Positions 55,401 to 64,000 of a stretch of 64,000 nucleotides of DNA are shown here, piece by piece; position 1 is the first letter of the stretch, and each line of letters opens with the position of its first letter. This DNA comes from Hydrolagus colliei (lineage: Eukaryota): NCBI GenBank assembly GCA_035084275.1, contig CM068745.1:82646001-82710000 (forward strand). Reading direction: 5' to 3'. A program made the position numbers and the translations under genes. The notes under the pieces are model-generated. The model worked only from the letters and a program-made list of their open reading frames with translations, was not told the origin of the DNA and did not search any database.

Positions 55401-58400
55401 AGATTGAGGGGAGACCTAATAGAGGTTTATAAGATCATGAGGGGTTTCGACAGGGCAAATAGAGAAAAACTATTTCCACTCGTGGGTGAATCTGTGACTC
55501 GTGGTCACAGATTTAAAATAGTTTCAAGGCGCAGTAGAGGGGAGCTGAGGAGAAATTTTTTCACTCAGCGAGTTGTTTGAATCTGGAATGCATTGCCTGA
55601 AAAGGTGGTGGAGGCTGATTCGATAACAACTTTTAAAAGGGAATTAGATCTTTATTTAGGGAGAACAGGTCTATTAGGCTATGGGGAGCGGGCAGGGCAG
55701 TGGGATTGAATCGCTCTTTTCAAAGAGCCGGCACAGACTAGATGGGCCGAATGGCCTCCTTTTGTGCCGTAAAATTCTATGATTCTATGATTTAAAACGG
55801 CTCAAACCCTCTGTAAAAAGTTTTTTTTTAATTAAAAAAAGGAACATCACCCACTTCCATCCCATTAGACTCTCCTCGTCTCCTGGAGGTCTCTGCTCTT
55901 TGCCGGGTGGGTGATAGCTCCGCAGACACCAGACGCTCCTAGGCTTATCCACCTGCATCCCGGGCACCAGACACTCCTAGGCTTGTTCATGATTACGCTC
56001 GCAAGTGAGAGGATCCGGGTTCGATTCCTGGCACGGGATGAAACGTTTGGCAAATTTCCTTACTCCACACGTCTCCCATTTACCTCGCAGTAAGTAGGAC
56101 TTACTTACCCCCAAAAAAACAATGTGGTGGTTCCATGTATGACCGTTTGTGGGGGATGCTGCTGCTGTGCGCAATTGGCTGCCGCGTTTCACCCAGAAAA
56201 TAGACAGTCAATCCAATTTACAGTATATATTCTGTGAAAAGCTTTCAGGCATCTCAACATCATGATAAGGCGCTATGTGAAATGTAAGGATTTATTATTA
56301 TTATTATGCACAAATGTGCCAGAGAGTGAAAGGTGACGTTTGGGGGAGGAAGACACAACTGAGGTTAATCGGTAGATTTAATAATAATAATAATAATAAT
56401 AATGCATTTCCCAGAAAGGTGACTGGATAGGGTTGAGGAATTGGAGAAAAGAAACACAAAATACTACAGATGCTGGGAATCTGAAACAAAAACGAAGGTT
56501 GCTGGGGAAACTCAACAGGTCAGGCAGCATCCATGGAGAACGGAAAAAGAGTCAACGTTTAAGGTTGTAGACCCGAAACATTGACTATTTTTCCTTTCTC
56601 CATGGATGCTGCCTGACCTGCTGAGTTTCCCCAGCAACCTTCGTTTTTGTTTGAGGAATTGGAGCCCTGGCTACCTAATCTCATGGGAGAGTAAACAGTC
56701 CCTCCAATCTCCGACCCAACCCTCATCGATGGTCCTTGCAGATGAAAAATAGCCATTTGAGCAAGACAGTGCAGAAATTCAACAACAACAACTGTGATTT
56801 AATTTAATTAATGCCAGACGGCATCTCAGAGCGCCTTCAGCTCCTATGAAACAAAACTGGCACCTTCGGGAAAGGAGGAGACATGAAAAAAAGAGGGGGA
56901 AAAAGAACCTGGAAGATGTGTGAGAACGTTTGATTTTTAAAAAAAATTGTATTAAAAAGCTTTTTTCTCTCCCATTTTTGTTCCCTGTCACCTCTCTACC
57001 AAAAGAATTCAAGATGCAGGTGGATAAAACTGAACTGAACGTCACGGTATCAAACAAGGGCGCCTTTCAGCTCAACTGCAACGTGACTTACCGCACGCGA
57101 GAGGATTCCAGATTCGCTGTGTCCTGGCTGGCCTGGAAATCCAAAGTGGTGGCTGACCAGACGGTGAAGGAAACCATTTTGAAAATCGACTATAATTCGG
57201 TCTTCGAGTACGGCGGCAGCTCGCGCGGCGGAGCTGAGGGGATGAGGGACAGACTGAAGCTAGAGAGACCCTCCAGCGGGCTGTACAGCCTAACAGTGCG
57301 CAACGCCCACACCAGCGACAGTGGGAGCTATTACTGTCACGTGGAGGAGTGGGTCCAAAATGCCAACAACGGCTGGTATAAACTCGGGGAAGGGGAGTCT
57401 GGATTGCTTATCATCGCCATACAAAACACAGGTAAACCTGTTCCCACGTCATCGTGTCATAACCCTAATCCTACTGATTCTATGTGATCACATTTCCACG
57501 TCCCTGGAAAGGCGCTCTACAGATGTAATTTTGTTGTGGCTGAGCAGCAGAAAGTAACGTCAAAGGCCAGTGGTACGTGTATTCCGTAAGTCAGAAGTGC
57601 TTGTTAGTGTTACTGCAAAAAATATATATAGATTGTAGATTATAGAATTTTACGGCACAAAAGGAGGCCATTCGGCCCATCTAGTCTGTGCCAGCTCTTT
57701 GAAAAGAGCGATTCAATCCCACTGCCCTGCCCGCTCCCCATAGCCTAATAGACCTGTTCTCCCTAAATAAAGATCTAATTCCCTTTTAAAAGTTGTTATC
57801 GAATCAGCCTCCACCACCTTTTCAGGCAATGCATTCCAGATTCGAACAACTCGCTGAGTGAAAATAATTCTCCTCAGCTCCCCTCTACTGCGCCTTGAAA
57901 CTATTTTAAATCTGTGACCATGAGTCACAGATTCGCCCACGAGTGGAAATAGTTTTTCTCTATTTGCCCTGTCGAAACCCCCCATGATCTTATAAACCTC
58001 TATTAGGTCTCCCCTCAATCTTCTCTGCTCCAGAGAGAATAATCCTAGCCTATCTAGCCTCTCCTCATAGCTGAATATATATTATATAAAGTCTTATATA
58101 GTCATGGAGTCAAAAATTGTGAGGGGAGATACGTCCACCTCCACCACCACAGTGAAAACTTCACTCGAAGATACACTGAGAGGAATCTGAGGGAATGGTC
58201 ATGCTTGATCGCCCCCTTGAGTTTGTTTCAGGATAGCGTTACTGGTCCATAGCTTCGTTTAAACTTTAGTTAAATTACAGTAAAACCTTGCTGATCCGGC
58301 ACCCAACCAACCGGCAAACTCAAATCAACCGGTATCTCCCAATACAATTCACCATTCCAGCAACCAGATCTCGTACCGGAAGCCGTCCGGGACACTGGCG

Positions 58401-59235
58401 AGTATGCTCACTTTGCTGGAATGCTTTTTTCCCGAATGTTTTACCAAGTGTGCTGGAATGCTTTGTTGGTAAGTATTCATACAACATTCTGTTATTATAT
58501 AGTCTGTTAATATGGTATGTTTTAAAATAATATAATTTTTTTGTTGTAGGATTTTCGGCAACTTGCCGCTCAAATATCCAGGACATTTGATTAACCGGCA
58601 CCGGGCAGGTCCCGAGGGTGCCGGATAACAAAGTTTTTTTTTTTATACTGTTAATAACTGGGTTTCTGTCTTGACACCAGGTTGGAGTTTGCGCAATGAA
58701 ATTTGACCGTATGTCATTTAGAGAGAAAAAATTAATAAATTAATTAGGGGAAAGAGGAGAAACCATTTGAAGATTACCATATTTTTGTCACAATCCCACC
58801 TGAAACACATGTCGGAAAAGAAACCAATACTAGGAAGCTGGAATAGTGTCACTCAATTGTCACTCTGACGAAAACATAAAGCATAACATAATAAAACATA
58901 ACAGAAAGGACGAGGAGTGTAAAGTAACGAAAAATCATTTTGTTTCAAGACGTATTAATGAGCTTTGGCTATTCATCCTTCCAGGTTCTTCTTTGCAAGA
59001 GGCAATTTGTTCAAACGACGCCCTTTTCTACTTCATATTTTTCTACCCGTTCCCGATTTTCGGAATTCTTCTCATCGCCATTTTGCTGACGCGCTACAAA
59101 ACCATGAACGCCCAGAAGAAATCGGATGGGAAAAACGGGGTTCCCTTGCTCTGGATTAAAGAGCCGGCAGTAACTTACTCTCCAACCAGCCTCGAGCCAC
59201 CGGATTTCAGAATAGGACCTGGCGGACTTGCTTAG
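7962..59235 (+). CDS. IGSF3: IGSF3 (immunoglobulin superfamily member 3 / EWI-3); 9 coding exons in window, 5' signal-peptide exon missing
   Basis: Nine exons with canonical AG/GT ends join in frame (378+408+390+402+402+411+411+426+251 = 3479 nt; all internal junctions phase 1). Product is 8 V-type Ig domains, with EWI motif in Ig2, plus TM and the tail [23 protein letters not shown], which matches human IGSF3 as I recall it. The 8-domain count and long tail separate it from IGSF8, PTGFRN and CD101. Confidence 0.96.
8605..8945 (-). mobile_element. L2 3'-end fragment, subfamily B (also 5520-5800 on -)
   Basis: Reverse complement is closely similar to 21920-22285 and 27420-27740; (TTG)n tail. 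Confidence 0.85.
11328..11436. mobile_element. Small palindromic MITE-like element
   Basis: Perfect 14-bp TIR GTGTCCGGCGATAT / ATATCGCCGGACAC; interior built of ATATCGAT units. Confidence 0.6.
12802..13478 (+). mobile_element. CR1 LINE 3' fragment, same subfamily as 54508-55792
   Basis: [30 protein letters not shown]; about 10 differences in ~650 bp versus 55132-55780 by eye; (CTATGAAT)n tail. Confidence 0.95.
13648..13988 (-). mobile_element. Full-length SINE, same family (another at 41861-42123 -)
   Basis: Head gctcctgtagctcagtggttagagcactcgcc on minus strand; same core and tail. Confidence 0.85.
16365..16870. repeat. C-rich low-complexity tandem array (similar array at 43372-43725)
   Basis: 18-bp units such as cctcctccccctcccacc; source of the Pro-rich and Gly-rich ORFs. 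Confidence 0.9.
18445..19840 (-). mobile_element. L2 (LINE2) 5'-truncated copy, RT C-terminal half with frameshifts
   Basis: [45 protein letters not shown]..; [10 protein letters not shown] motif is in a shifted frame; (TTG)n tail at 18445-18470. Confidence 0.93.
21920..22285 (+). mobile_element. L2 3'-end fragment, subfamily B
   Basis: cagtttcaggtcacagctgaagacctttctcttc..gtgaagcgctctgagatgcc..ttgttgttg. Confidence 0.85.
23430..23837 (+). CDS. IGSF3: IGSF3 exon, Ig2 (carries EWI motif; absent from the supplied ORF track)
   Basis: (ct)n-tacag|TC..GTCG|gtaag; hand translation [43 protein letters not shown]...[39 protein letters not shown]; 408 nt, no stop. Confidence 0.96.
23857..24020 (+). 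mobile_element. CR1 3'-UTR fragment just after the Ig2 donor, interrupted by (GA)n
   Basis: caacttttaaaaggga..aatggcctccttttgtgccataagattctatgatt matches CR1 3' ends elsewhere in the window. Confidence 0.8.
24786..25227 (-). mobile_element. CR1 LINE 3' fragment, different subfamily
   Basis: Minus ORF ..[35 protein letters not shown]..; aacataagaa-type tail. Confidence 0.9.
26472..26861 (+). CDS. IGSF3: IGSF3 exon, Ig3
   Basis: ccgcag|AT..GTCA|gtaagt; [41 protein letters not shown]...[27 protein letters not shown]; 390 nt. Confidence 0.96.
27240..27740 (+). mobile_element. L2 3'-end fragment, subfamily B
   Basis: Contains ..[23 protein letters not shown].. RT tail motif and (TTG)n end. Confidence 0.88.
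30782..31183 (+). CDS. IGSF3: IGSF3 exon, Ig4
   Basis: catcaaag|AG..CTCG|gtaag; [27 protein letters not shown]...[25 protein letters not shown]; 402 nt. Confidence 0.95.
31462..31781. mobile_element. hAT-Charlie (MER5-like) MITE nested in a SINE
   Basis: TIR CAGTGGTTCTCAA / TTGAGAAACCCCTG; 8-bp TSD ttctaggc (31454-61) / ttctagac (31782-89), NTCTAGAN-type target. Confidence 0.85.
32052..32459 (+). mobile_element. L2 3'-end fragment, subfamily A, interrupted by a palindromic insert; tail abuts the Ig5 acceptor
   Basis: Matches the reverse complement of 48000-48340 and 18450-18700 except for the insert at ~32124-32259. Confidence 0.85.
32468..32869 (+). CDS. IGSF3: IGSF3 exon, Ig5
   Basis: atgacag|AA..CCAG|gtatgg; [29 protein letters not shown]...[22 protein letters not shown]; 402 nt. 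Confidence 0.95.
33344..33674 (+). mobile_element. Full-length tRNA-headed SINE, DeuSINE-like, with L2-type tail
   Basis: A box TGGCTCATTGG 33354-64, B box GTTCGAATCC 33398-407, core tgctgtgcgcaattggctgccgcgtttc, tail gaagcgctttgagacgtc..(tta)n; family name is from recalled similarity to SacSINE1/AmnSINE1. Confidence 0.85.
34485..34859 (-). mobile_element. Full-length SINE, same family, (CA)n linker
   Basis: Reverse complement of the 33344 and 35131 copies. Confidence 0.85.
35131..35483 (+). mobile_element. Full-length SINE, same family, with internal 14-bp tandem duplication
   Basis: A box TGGCTCAGTGG, B box GTTCGAATCC; aagctggggagacc twice at 35174-35201. Confidence 0.85.
37180..37560 (+). 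mobile_element. CR1 LINE 3' fragment, older
   Basis: [37 protein letters not shown] with a frameshift; related to the 55 kb copy. Confidence 0.9.
45050..45460 (+). CDS. IGSF3: IGSF3 exon, Ig6
   Basis: cccaacag|AT..CCAG|gtatt; [27 protein letters not shown]...[28 protein letters not shown]; 411 nt. Confidence 0.95.
47205..47675 (-). mobile_element. Older, longer DeuSINE (SacSINE1-like) copy; related relics at ~7230-7350 +, 17660-17800 -, 39690-39900 +, 44420-44600 -, 63230-63400 -
   Basis: Minus strand reads cagcctggctc..gcactc..tctgagtcagaagactgtgggtttgatccc..ggaggtgcc..gttaaa, then the same Deu-like core and tail; family name from memory. Confidence 0.65.
48000..48340 (-). mobile_element. 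L2 3'-end fragment, subfamily A (similar short pieces at ~30570-30680 +, 37830-38090 -, 40380-40510 -, 53000-53245 +, 63600-63720 +)
   Basis: Shares tail acatttatagagagcctttcacgtcgggaggacgtc with 18470-18515. Confidence 0.85.
48620..48713. repeat. (TCAG)n-(TCAC)n compound microsatellite
   Basis: Direct reading. Confidence 0.95.
51085..51495 (+). CDS. IGSF3: IGSF3 exon, Ig7
   Basis: tccgcag|AA..CCAG|gtatt; [27 protein letters not shown]...[20 protein letters not shown]; 411 nt. Confidence 0.95.
51755..52212. repeat. (CCAC)n-type array spanning an assembly gap
   Basis: ccacccagcc/ccacccacct units on both sides of the Ns. Confidence 0.9.
52032..52199. other. Assembly gap (168 N)
   Basis: Run of n characters. 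Confidence 1.
54508..55792 (+). mobile_element. CR1 LINE, 5'-truncated young copy (RT C-terminal half plus 3' UTR)
   Basis: [43 protein letters not shown]..; single TGA at 55578; ends in the CR1-type octamer (ATTCTATG)n. Confidence 0.95.
56447..56650 (-). mobile_element. 204-bp fold-back retro-insert (Penelope-associated chondrichthyan repeat type) with 14-bp TSD
   Basis: TSD TTGAGGAATTGGAG at 56433-46 and 56651-64; arms 56484-56560 / 56576-56652; a one-arm relative at 48727-48870. Confidence 0.75.
57006..57431 (+). CDS. IGSF3: IGSF3 exon, Ig8
   Basis: ctaccaaaag|AA..ACAG|gtaaac; [27 protein letters not shown]...[20 protein letters not shown]; 426 nt. Confidence 0.94.
57642..58075 (-). mobile_element. 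CR1 LINE 3' fragment, inverted relative to 55347-55780
   Basis: Reverse complement matches 55347-55780 with about 8 mismatches in 434 bp. Confidence 0.95.
58278..58650. mobile_element. Tc1/pogo (Tigger-like) MITE
   Basis: ta|CAGTAAAACCTTGCTGATCCGGCACC ... GGTGCCGGATAACAAAG(T)nATACTG; imperfect TIRs, left TA present, right flank is TT. Confidence 0.7.
58985..59235 (+). CDS. IGSF3: IGSF3 last coding exon: stalk, TM helix, cytoplasmic tail, stop
   Basis: ccttccag|GT; [86 protein letters not shown]. Confidence 0.96.
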
Positions 59236-61159
59236 TGGAGTGAAAAGGGGATGGATTTTCTTTTTTGGAAAACAAAATTGAAAGACAATTGGGAGACCAA
59301 CATTACAATGAATTATGGAATTTATAGGACCCACCCCCACCCCCCCCCCACTCCCCCTCCCACCCCCCCCCCCCCCCCCCAAATAATCCTAGAATGGAAA
59401 ATATATCATCACCTCTCAAAACATGGACTCTTTAAGAGTCTTAAGAGGCATTGGAGGTACGATGGGACGGAAGATACATTTTATTCCCAGATATTTAGCC
59501 CGTTTGCCTTCCTCTAAACCCCAACCCCACACACAATTACTGAGTCAAGTAGAAACTCAAAGTGTTTTAATTTTACACCAATGTAGGTCTAATCTCCCCC
59601 TCTCCCCCCACCCACCCCACAGTCTTTTTTGCTGCATGAGAATTCTGCTTACATCACATTTGTTGGCTGTTTATCTGGATTGCAAACACCTCAATCCCCT
59701 GCCCCCCCCTCACCCCCAACTCAAAAAAAAACTTATTGCTCCTGAAGAAAGCAGAATTGTAGCAAATGTCAATACTTTGGGATGTGGGAGGGGGTGGGGG
59801 GGGGGGGGGGGGGGGGGGGAGTGGGAAAGGGTGTACAGTGTTATCTGCGTGGAGGTGGAGGAAAACGAAGCAAAATTGAAGTAGCTTCTTTGCAAGGATT
59901 CACAACTATCCCAGAGTTTATGCTTATTGATCGAAAACATCATCTTACTCCAAGGGAATGTTGCCTGAAGATTGTATTGTGCACCTGTATTGTGCACAAT
60001 CGTGCACCTCAGGTCAGTGGTGGTAACGATCCTGTGGAGGAGAGGGTTTGGCGTTTCGGGGATCGTTTTTGTTTAGCCACGCAGACTGATAAAACCGAGA
60101 GAGGGACGAAGATCACACAGAGACTTGAGGGGAGAGCGACTGCACTGAAGCCTTCTCTGTGAGCTTGTGGGTCAAGCCAATTGGTGGTGCTTGACGAGCA
60201 TCAAACGAACCCCATGATATTTACGTTGAAAAGACTATAACGAGGGCATCTTGTCCGGACACTGGTTCCTATCAATGAAGCCATGACAGTGTTATTATAT
60301 GAAGACAGAGTTAAGTTGGATACAGAATGCCTGCGCACAAGGGGGGACAGCGAACATCAATTTTGTGTTTTTATCGAAACACAAACAAGGAGCAACTAGC
60401 GAGTCCACCCAGAGGTTGTTCAACCCACTCTGGATTCTGGATTTCCCATTTCTGAGTATATGTTTTGATGGAGGAACCTAATTGAGCTGACCCAGTAACC
60501 CCCCCCACCCAGTCTATAGTGAAATGTAATCTCTCAGCCAGTTAGGTTTCCTTTTTTTTATATACATCGTTTTGCACTTTTTGAAATTACTTTTTATTCT
60601 GTGCTTCGAGAAGAAATATTCCTGTGATTAGTAGCCCGCCTGGTTTTTGGTTTTCACGCTGTACTTTTTAAGCGTTTCAATATTATCAAAATGAAATGGC
60701 AACTAAGCCTGAACTAGCCCAACAGATCCAGTGGACCCCCCCCCCCTCGCAAAAACGTTGAATGTGCGGACGCAATACTCAGGGCGGTTGCCAAGAAGAG
60801 ACTGTTCAGTCCAAATCAAATGGTAATAATTTGGCCTGAGGCTGAAATGTTCACTCACGCACTCTGTTATAAGAAGTCCATTTGCATTCACTAACTACCC
60901 TTCAAATCCTTACGTTGTCATCCGACTTTGTACTGCTGTGCGTTTGTGTTGTAATTGTACAGTACGCGCAAAGCCACAGTGTCAGGAGCGGAGACAGAAA
61001 GTGACTAGTTTGCAAACCCGAGAATAACTTTTGCGCATGCGATGCACACGTAAAAGGCAGAGATCTTAAACATTGATGGGACCTCTGCAGAGCTTAGTGA
61101 TGACTCCAGGTTCGAAGTGTGAAGGGGGGAAATGGATGTGGAAACACTAGTATTTAACA

Positions 61160-62200
61160 GTGTGTGTATGTGTTTGTATGTGTGCAGGTGATTGTGTGTG
61201 TGCGCGTGCAGTGTGTGTGTGCATGTGTTCGGATGTGTGTGCGGGTGTGTGTGTGCGGGTGTGTTTGTATGTGTGCAGGTGATTGTGTGTGTGTGTGTAG
61301 TAGGTGTGTATCGTGTGTGCGTGTGCAGTGTGTTTGTGTGGGGATGTTTGTATGTGTGCGAGTGATTGTGTATATGGGGTGTGTGTGTGTCTGTGTGCGG
61401 ATGATTGTGTGTGTACTGTGTGTGCGGTGTGTGCATGTGTTTGTATGTGTGCGAGTGATTGTGTATAAGGGGTGTGTGTGTCTGTGTTTGCGGATGATTG
61501 TGTGTGTACTGTGTGTGCGTGCGGTGTGTGCGTGTGTTTGTATGTGTGCGAGTGATTGTGTATCCGGTGTGTGCGGGTGATTGTGTGTGTGCAGTGTGTG
61601 TGCAGTGTGTGCATGTGCGTGTGTTTGTATGTGTGCGAGTGATTGTGTGTACGGTGTGTGTGTGTTTGTGTGCGGATGATTGTGTGTGTGTGCGTGCGGT
61701 GTGTGCGTGTGTTTGTATGTGTGCGAGTGATTGTGTATACAGTGTGTGTGCGGGTGATTGTGTATGTGCAGTGTGTGTGTATGCGGTGTGTGTGCATGTG
61801 TTTGTATGTGTGCGAGTGATTGTGTACAGTGTGTGTCTTTGTGTGTGCGGGTGATTGTGTGTACGGTATGTGAGTCTGTGTGTGCAGATGATTGTGTGTG
61901 TGCAGTGTGTGTGTGGAGTGTGTGTGTGGAGTGTGCGTGCAGTGAGTTTGTGTGTGGGTGTGCGCGTGTGGTGTGTGTGTGTGCATGCAGTGTGTGCGTG
62001 TGTCTGTGTTCGGGTGATTGTGTGTGCATGCGGTGTGTGTGCATGTGTATGCAGTGTCCTTGTGCGGTGTGTGTGTAGAGGTTGTGTGCGGGTGTGTGTG
62101 CAATGTGCACATGTATGTGGTGTGTGTGTGTAGAGGTGTGTGTGCATGTGTGCAGTATACGTGTGTATGCGCAGTGTGTGTGTGTGTGCGTGCGTGTGTG
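61160..62200. repeat. ~1-kb compound (TG)-rich array with higher-order units
   Basis: Recurring gtgtttgtatgtgtgcgagtgattgtgt blocks; source of His/Thr-rich and Cys/Val-rich ORFs. Confidence 0.92.
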
Positions 62201-62206
62201 AATAAA
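62201..62206 (+). promoter_or_regulatory. Candidate polyadenylation signal (second one at 62389-62394)
   Basis: First canonical AATAAA I found downstream of the stop codon; use is unverified. Confidence 0.35.
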
Positions 62207-64000
62207 AGGGATGTTGTGGAAGGATATACCAAGAGCAGTAAGCCTGATTTGTCGACAGGACTTGGAGGGACAGACTAGCCATTTCTGCAGATAAATCTTC
62301 CCATTCAGCTACTGTTAACCCTGTGAGCCAAAGCACTAGTGGCTATAGGATGATCCCAGTTAGATAAACGATGAGAAGCCTCGCTCTCAATAAAAACTAA
62401 ACTCCCCACACTCTGTGACTCTCAACAACAATATGCGAGATATTCATTGACATTAGGTAAGTAGGGGTTCTGTCCCTCCAGGGATAAGAGTCTGTGTATT
62501 GCTTTCCAGGTACAGGGAAATTCCCATATTCGGAGGCGCAATAATAATAATAATACTGGCATACAGCGCCGTATCGGGCCTTCGAGACGTCTCAAAGCGC
62601 TTCGCAGAATATACCGTAAAGCGAATTGATTGGGATATCGTGCGGGGGCAGAGGAAACGCAGGCAGCGACTTCTCAGTCGGGTTCGGTAAATCTTTTAAG
62701 CCCATTTTAATGGTTTTCCCGAATTAATGCCCAGCTGATCAGAAAGTAATAACGAGTGTGCGAGCAAGATTCTGGAAGCGCGGAGACAACGGGTGGAGAA
62801 CATTACAGTCAGAAACTGTTTATCCGAGGCACCATTTTTCTTCATTGCCCCCAGTTAATTAAAATGACTGAATCTCCATTGTAAAGTAGTGTAGAATGGT
62901 TCAATTCCATCGTGTCAGTTTCGGTTTCGAATTAATTTCATTTGATGGAATTAACGAGCAACTAGTGGTACTTAACTATTCACTTTTTCCCCTCCTTTTA
63001 AAGGAGCTTTTAAAAATAAGTAGTGTCTGTCCATGCAGTCTATAGCCTGATTAGGATGAATTGTTTTTTCCAGTTTTAAAGTTGCTCGAAAATAAACCAG
63101 TCACCTCCCCCCACCCACCCCGTTTGGGTTTCAGTTCTTTCCGGCCTTTGCCTCCGTGTCGTCTTGCAGGATTTTAAACACACACATTGGGGCTGCAGTA
63201 ACAACAGCTCCAGGTAAGGATGTGATCTAGAAGTGCACATCAGCGCCAGAGTTCTCTGTTGAAATTGTGCATTCACTTCGCAGGTCATCTTATCACTCCA
63301 GGCCTGAATTATGCCTCCTTGACACAGTGGTAAGACTCATTGACGTAAAGTGATTAGTAGCCCATGGACCTTTTGGAGAGCTATGTAACCAGTGGAGCTT
63401 AGTGTCCCCATTACCAAGGGCAGTAACCAACGAGCATCAATAATTAGTGGGGTGGGGGTGGGGGGGGGGGGGGGGGGAGATATTAACCCATATAACACAT
63501 CAGAATCTTCTGAATGTAATGTGCTTCACTATGTTCAGCTGAGATATTAACCGAGGTGTCCTCTGCCCTGTAGAGGAATCCAATGGATGTTACCCCCCCC
63601 AGCCCTCCACCCCTCCACCACCCCCAGTCCTCCACCCTCCCCCTCACCACCCTAATCCCTTGACAGTCCAGCACTTTGGGACGTCAACCTGATGTGAAAG
63701 GCACTCTACAAATGTAACTTATTAAGTTATTAAGCAGTGTTTCTGGTGTCCTGACCAATATTTCTCCCCGAGAGTTGACGTTGCAGTTTATCTGGATGTC
63801 GTTGAACTGGTGTGGGTTTACACAAAACTGGGGGAGAAGAGGTGTTAATGGTGAAGAACAGAGAGACAAGGGGGTGTCTGGAGTGATGATTGTAATGGGG
63901 GAGGGGGAACTCTTATGGTCTGAAGTCATAATCTCCACATGTCAATTCATTTTGTGCATTATTCCCCGTGGAATAATCCTGCACATCTCTTTCATTCTAG

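Larger units (their letters stand above)
1553..62640. mobile_element. Dispersed partial copies of the same SINE family (about 35 pieces in total, both strands)
   Basis: Approximate positions: 1553-2072+, 2278-2460-, 3390-3610-, 7330-7545+, 9400-9645+, 10705-11045-, 12410-12500+, 15640-15790+, 17236-17537-, 22835-22985-, 25925-26115+, 28560-28660-, 31420-31855-, 33010-33170-, 36710-36830-, 45960-46228+, 49835-50000-, 50105-50230+, 52880-52990+, 53915-54119+, 55990-56306+, 62540-62640-. Confidence 0.8.

Noticed and set aside
54576-55580. 334-aa RT ORF as a host gene
   Set aside because: 5'-truncated CR1 ORF2 with no endonuclease, a nonsense codon at 55578 and near-identical copies elsewhere in the window.
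61005-62336. His/Thr-rich ORFs (318-443 aa) and Cys/Val-rich ORFs
   Set aside because: Translation of a (TG)-rich array; open in all frames.

Overview
Vertebrate genomic DNA, most likely from a cartilaginous fish (inferred from the repeat repertoire). The window holds one protein-coding gene on the + strand, IGSF3 (EWI-3). Eight symmetric phase-1 exons each encode one V-type Ig domain (7962-57431), and a terminal exon encodes the stalk, TM segment and cytoplasmic tail (58985-59235). That gives 3479 coding nt; the signal-peptide exon was not found and probably lies upstream. Introns are filled with young CR1 and L2 LINE fragments, roughly 35 tRNA-headed DeuSINE-like SINE pieces, several MITEs, and mini/microsatellites, plus one 168-N gap. 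Most long entries in the ORF track are low-complexity or repeat artefacts. The most notable features are RNA-structure related. A ~98% identical 434-bp inverted CR1 pair brackets the Ig8 exon, which would favour in-frame skipping or a stop-free 426-nt circRNA. A 204-bp hairpin retro-insert with a 14-bp TSD sits inside that loop. A covarying 3' stem-loop is shared by one SINE and two L2 families. An L2 tail supplies the Ig5 splice-acceptor region, and two abutting perfect palindromes interrupt that L2 copy. No evidence for a prokaryote-type system (no CRISPR, no operon).
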